Below the pieces are notes generated by a model, which was given only the letters and a program-made list of their open reading frames with translations, had not been told where the DNA came from and made no database searches. The translations under genes were made by a program, and so were the position numbers. Shown here one piece after another: positions 58,001-64,000 of a stretch of DNA of 64,000 nt. Each line of letters opens with the position of its first letter. The first letter of the stretch is position 1. The stretch comes from Eledone cirrhosa (lineage: Eukaryota), in assembly GCA_964016885.1 (NCBI GenBank), contig OZ024741.1, positions 267,716,001-267,780,000 of the forward strand, written 5' to 3'.

Positions 58001-58758
58001 GTGTGCAGAGGATATACGCAGACTAGAGAGGAACGAAGCTTGCATGCTCCGCTGGATGTGTAATAGTAATATACGTGAACGGCAAAGCATAAACAAACTA
58101 AGGGAAAAATTAGAAATAAGAGGGATCAGATGTTGTTTACTAGAGAGAAGGCTACGTTGGTATGGTCACGTGATGTGCATGAAAGACGACAGCTGTATAA
58201 AAAAGTGCAGGGCAATAAAAATAGACGGTAGCCACAGAGTAGGCAGACCCAGAAAAACCTGGGACGACTTGATAAATTCCGACCTCACACACTTACACCT
58301 CTCCAAGACAATGTCACTGGACCGAGATCTTTGGCGCTACACAGTAATAGAGAAGACCCACCTTACCTAAATACAAAGTAAAACCTACTACAGTCAGTAG
58401 CCACCTCTAACAAAATACACCCCCCGTTCCACTACCCCAACCCCATCCACACCACCCCTTTCAATGTAAAGTTATGTTGGTACCACAACATCCAGCCCGA
58501 AACAAATGAGGTCGTTTAGGTGTCGCGACAAAAAAAAATACACAGTCCACACTGTAATGTGGCCGTGTAGGTAACAAGGTAAAAACCTCCCAGTTCCACA
58601 CTGTAAATGTGGTTGGTGTTAGGAAGGGCATCCAGCCATAGAAAACCCGCCAGACAGTCCTATGCGAGCACGACAACCACTCTTACCTCAAGTGGGAAAA
58701 CTCCCGTCCAAACCCATGCAAGCGTGGAATATGGACGTTAAACGATGATGATGATGAT
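55100..58758 (+). mobile_element. Near full-length RTE LINE (APE endonuclease, RT, PHD-like finger), frameshifted
   Basis: RVGTMNVGTL, CCIQETRW, ISAYAPQ, GGDLNGHVG, SQVDYIL (APE); NYRGIKL, QFGF, FVDLEKAFD, HQGSVLSP, YADD (RT); stop at 58370; ~4 frameshifts; (GAT)n tail. The 5' boundary is uncertain. Confidence 0.95.
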
Positions 58759-58765
58759 ATACATG

Positions 58766-58817
<52 letters not shown>

Positions 58818-58847
58818 TATATACACATATATATATATATATAGACA

Positions 58848-59484
58848 TATGGATGTGTAACAGTAATATACGTGAACGACAAAGCATAAATGAATTGAGA
58901 GAGAGACTGAGCATAAGAGGAATCAAATGCTGTGTGCAGGAGAGGCGGTTGCGCTGGTATGGACATGTAATGCGTATGAAGGATGACAGCTGCATAAAAA
59001 GGTGCAGAGCACTTGAAGTTGATGGAAACCGCGGAGTGGGGAGACCCAAGATGACCTGGGATGAGGTGATAAAAGCCGACCTTACCCAATTACACCTCTC
59101 AAAGACAATGACACACGACCGTGACTTCTGGCGCCACGCAGTAATACAGAGTACCCGACCTCCCATGGGTACAAGCTGAAGCATATAGACAATATGCCCC
59201 CACACTCCCCACCGCAAGGTGGTCGTGGAGGTGCCACGGCAAAAAAAGCACCCAGCCCACACTGTAAAGTGGACGTGTAGGCGCCACGAAAAAGCACCCA
59301 GCACTCACTGTAAATGAGGTTGGTGTTAGGAAGGGCATCCAGCTGTAGAAATCAAGCCAGATCAGTTCCTGTATGCGCAAGGCATGGTCAGCCGACCAGA
59401 CACTGCACACAACAGGACAACCCGTCTAACCCATGCTAGCGTGGAAGAACGGACGTAAAACGGTGATGATGATGATGATGATGA
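58848..59484 (+). mobile_element. RTE 3' fragment with composite 3' UTR
   Basis: [22 protein letters not shown]; nearly identical to 62494-63091. Confidence 0.9.
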
Positions 59485-59524
59485 TATATGTAGACATACA
59501 TATATATATAGACATATATGTATA

Positions 59525-60660
59525 TACAGGGTGTGGACGATATTAGTTCGCAATTTTCAACTGATAATTTTATGCAGTTTTTTTTTACTTCCGTTGTCAC
59601 TCTTTTCTTCATAAAAACAGTGACTATATTTCCATTATTTATTTTCAGAATAATTGATTATGAATAATTTTGAACCTCCAAATTTGTGGAAGAGACACGG
59701 AGTTCTTCTTGGAATCCGCGCCGGGAGGACAAATAAGGAAATTTCAGACTTTCTCAGCGTCAGCAGGAAATGGTGGAAAAGGTCAGAAAGGAATTGGAAA
59801 ATTCAGGATTCGACTACGAAGCAACATCAGAGAGGAAAATACATGATCGATGATCTGACGCCTTCAGAACGCCTGAGTTCGTCGCTGAAGTTCAGGACAT
59901 CATTAACAATGAACCTAGCAAGTCGATGCATGCCATTGCAAGGGAGAAAGGCATGGATGAAAAGCTCATTAGGCTACTGGTACATAAAGACATTCGCTAC
60001 GTTTCATACAAGATGAGGAAAGGACAATTTCTGTCAAAGGCGATGCAAGAAAAGCGACTGAAGCACGCAAAGAAGCTGATCAACAAGTTGAAACACCCAC
60101 TGGAGCCAGACATGCTGTGGTTTTTCTTCGACGAGAAAAACTTCTGCCAAGACCAGAAGATCAACTCCCAGAACAACAGGTGGCTCGCTGTCTCATCCAA
60201 ATACGTGCCCAGAGTCATGCAGACAAAGTTTCCAGCGACAACATTGGTCTTAGGTGTCGTCAGCAGTCAAGGTGATGTCATGCCACCTCACTTCTTCCCT
60301 GAGGGCCTCAAGCTGAATACCGATGGCTACATCTGCGTTCTGAGCGAGGTAGTAAAGCCCTGGATCGACCAGGTAGCTGCAGGTAGGCCGTACGTGTGGC
60401 AGGCAGCAAGACTCAGCACCCTGCCATACCAACCAAAAGACCCAAACCTGGCTGTCAGAGAACTTCATCGACGACACTTCACCTGACATCTAGCCTCCCA
60501 GCTCGCCTGACTGCAACCCCCTCGACTTCTTTGTGTGGGGTGCAGTAGAATGAGACACCAACAGATCTAGCTGCAATATGAAAGACGATCTGAAGGCCAG
60601 GATCACAAGTGCCTTTAGGGGCCTAAGTCAGGGGACTGTGACGAAGGCCTGTAGCCTTTT
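59525..60660 (+). mobile_element. Tc1/mariner DD37D (maT-like) transposon remnant with pseudogenised transposase
   Basis: Starts TA-CAGGGTG. FFFDEKNF, QQDSAP-(37 residues)-NPLD across a frameshift and a stop (PDI*PPSSPDCNPLDFFVWG). No 3' TIR seen. Confidence 0.8.
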
Positions 60661-60664
60661 TACG

Positions 60665-60782
60665 CTGATTGGATAACAGCAAGTAGATCTGCTTGAAGAC
60701 ATGTCCAGTCTCACACTCCATTGATAACTTTCTGGAGCTTGGAATCATCTGCAAAGATTCTTATGTCATTTATGGTATTTGG

Positions 60783-60783
<1 letters not shown>
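60665..60783 (-). mobile_element. CR1-like RT micro-fragment
   Basis: Minus strand [17 protein letters not shown]. Confidence 0.45.
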
Positions 60784-60837
<54 letters not shown>

Positions 60838-61390
60838 ATATATCTCTACATATACATATACACACACATATACAAATATATGTAAACACACACACATATA
60901 TATGTATATGTATATCTCTCTCTATATACATGTACATGTATAGATACATATATACATGAATATAAGAAGAATAACAAATATATTTACAATCAAATAATAA
61001 ATTATATACAAATACAATTTTAAAAAAAAAAGCAAAAGCAAATAGATGCAGTGCTGGATATAAAAACAAATACAATAAGAAATTTGAAAATACAACAGGC
61101 TTACACTAATAATAGTTAATACTAATGACTTCACCCATAAAATCAATACAGGCATTTGAACTGGATGCTAAAGTTTCAATATTAATCCATTCACCATTAG
61201 TAAAGACACCACACCCTGTTATTTTTTGTAGGGTTTTCAACCCACTACCTTTGGTTTATTAAATTTTATAATGTTGTGATATCTACCTGAAAATGTATAA
61301 CTGTGTGTTTGTAACAAAAAATTGTGTGTGTGCACATATATGTGTGTCTCTTCTCCCCTGTGTCTATATATATATGTCTATATATATAGA

Positions 61391-63090
61391 GAGAGAGGTA
61401 TAAAGTTGATGGACCAGGTCATGAAAGTAACAGAAAGAGTTATAGCACAGTTGATTAGGAACCGGGTGAAAATAGACGAGATGCAATTTGGGTTTGTACC
61501 AGGAAGAGGCACCACTGATGCCCTCTTCCTTGTGAGGCAGTTACAGGAAAAGTACCTAGCTAAAAGTAAGCCACTCTACCTGGCATTCATCGACCTTGAG
61601 AAAGCTTTTGACAGAGTTCCACGTGCTGTAATCTGGTGGGCTCTTAGAAAACTAGGAGTAGATGAATGGCTTGTGAAAGCGGTACAAGCCATGTATAGGG
61701 GAGCAGTCAGCAAAGTTAGGATTAGCAATGAGTATAGCGAGGAATTTAGCGTACAGGTTGGGGTCCACCAGGGCTCTGTTCTTAGCCCCCTCCTGTTCAT
61801 CATAGTCCTGCAGGCAATAACGGAGGAGTTTAAGACCGGATGCCCATGGGAACTCCTGTATGCTGATGACCTCGCACTTATAGCTCAATCTATGGTAGAA
61901 CTAGAGAATAAATTCCAAACTTGGAAGCAGGGACTAGAAAGAAAGGGTCTCAAAGTCAACATGACAAAGACTAAGGTCCTTGTAAGTAGACGAGAAAACA
62001 GAACCCAGATCCCCTCAGGGAAATGGCCTTGCTCAGTATGTAGGAAAGGTGTAGGTAGGAACTCCATTCTCTGCTCCAAATGCAAACAATGGGTACACAA
62101 GAGATGTAGCGGGATCTCAGGAAGCTTAATTAAGAATGTAGGCTTCACATGCAGCAGCTGTGCTGGGACGGCAAGCAGCAAACAGCCACAGGAAACAAGT
62201 ACCATCAATCTCTGGGAGGGCTCTGTAGAAACAGTAGACAGCTTCTGCTACCTAGGTGACCGAATTAGCAGCGGAGGTGGGTGTTCAGAAAGTACAATAA
62301 CTAGGGTAAGAATGGGATGGAAGAAGTTTAGGGAACTACTACCATGCTAGCTGCAAAAGGCTTCTCCCTCAGAATGAAAGGCAGACTGTACGATGCGTGT
62401 ATCCGAACAGCAATGTTGAATGGTAGTGAGACCTGGGCACTGAAGGTGGAAGACTTACGTAGATTAGAGAGAAACGAATCCTGCATGCTCCGATGGATGT
62501 GTAACAGTAATATACGTGAACGACAAAGCATAAATGAATTGAGAGAGAGACTGAGCATAAGAGGAATCAAATGCTGTGTGCAGGAGAGGCGGTTACGCTG
62601 GTATGGACATGTGATGCGTATGAAGGATGACAGCTGCATAAAAAGGTGCAGAGCACTAGAAGTCGATGGAAACCGCGGAGTGGGGAGACCCAAGATGGCC
62701 TGGGATGAGGTGATAAAAGCCGACCTTACACCTCTCAAAGGCAATGACACATGACCGTGACCTCTGGCGTCAGGCAGTAATACAGAGTACCCGACCTCCC
62801 ATGGGTACAAGCTGAAGCATATAGACAATACGCCCCACACACCCCACCGCAAGGTAGTCGTGGAGGTGCCACGGCAAAAAAGCACCCAGCCCACACTGTA
62901 AAGTGGACGTGTAGGTGCCATGAAAAAGCACCCAGCACTCACTGTAAATGAGGTTGGTGTTAGGAAGGGCATCCAGCTGTAGAAATCAAGCGAAATCAGT
63001 TCCTGTATCAGCAACAGACACTGCCCATAAACAGGACAACCCGTCTAACCCATGCTAGCGTGGAAGAACGGACGTAAAACGGTGATGATG

Positions 63091-63091
<1 letters not shown>
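61391..63091 (+). mobile_element. 5'-truncated RTE LINE
   Basis: RGIKLMDQVMK...QFGF...FIDLEKAFD...YADD...PHD-like finger...; frameshift near 62345; composite 3' UTR and GAT tail. Confidence 0.95.

Positions 63092-64000
<909 letters not shown>

Overview
Repeat-rich animal genomic DNA, most likely a coleoid cephalopod (Octopus-like). That assignment is my inference from the SINE/RTE families and the kilobase-scale (TA)n/(TACA)n arrays. One host gene is present and is missed by the ORF track: a spliced, minus-strand MORN4/retinophilin homologue with coding exons 20095-19920, 17164-17055 and 15249-15101 (144 aa). The rest is transposon debris and satellites: many RTE LINEs carrying a PHD-type zinc finger inside the RT, CRE-like and CR1-like LINE fragments, tRNA-derived SINEs, MITEs, a DD37D Tc1/mariner remnant, a compound satellite and an 84-bp minisatellite. 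The most striking signal is a recurring architecture of (TA)n-flanked fold-back elements. A Penelope-like (GIY-YIG) retroelement has ~1.17-kb inverted arms, each with a U3-A8 variant minimal hammerhead ribozyme. Two non-coding near-perfect palindromes with the same one-sided 'tail' lie inside or just upstream of MORN4. A solitary canonical hammerhead abuts the 4.7-kb TA array. All calls come from manual reading; no searches or folding computations were run.
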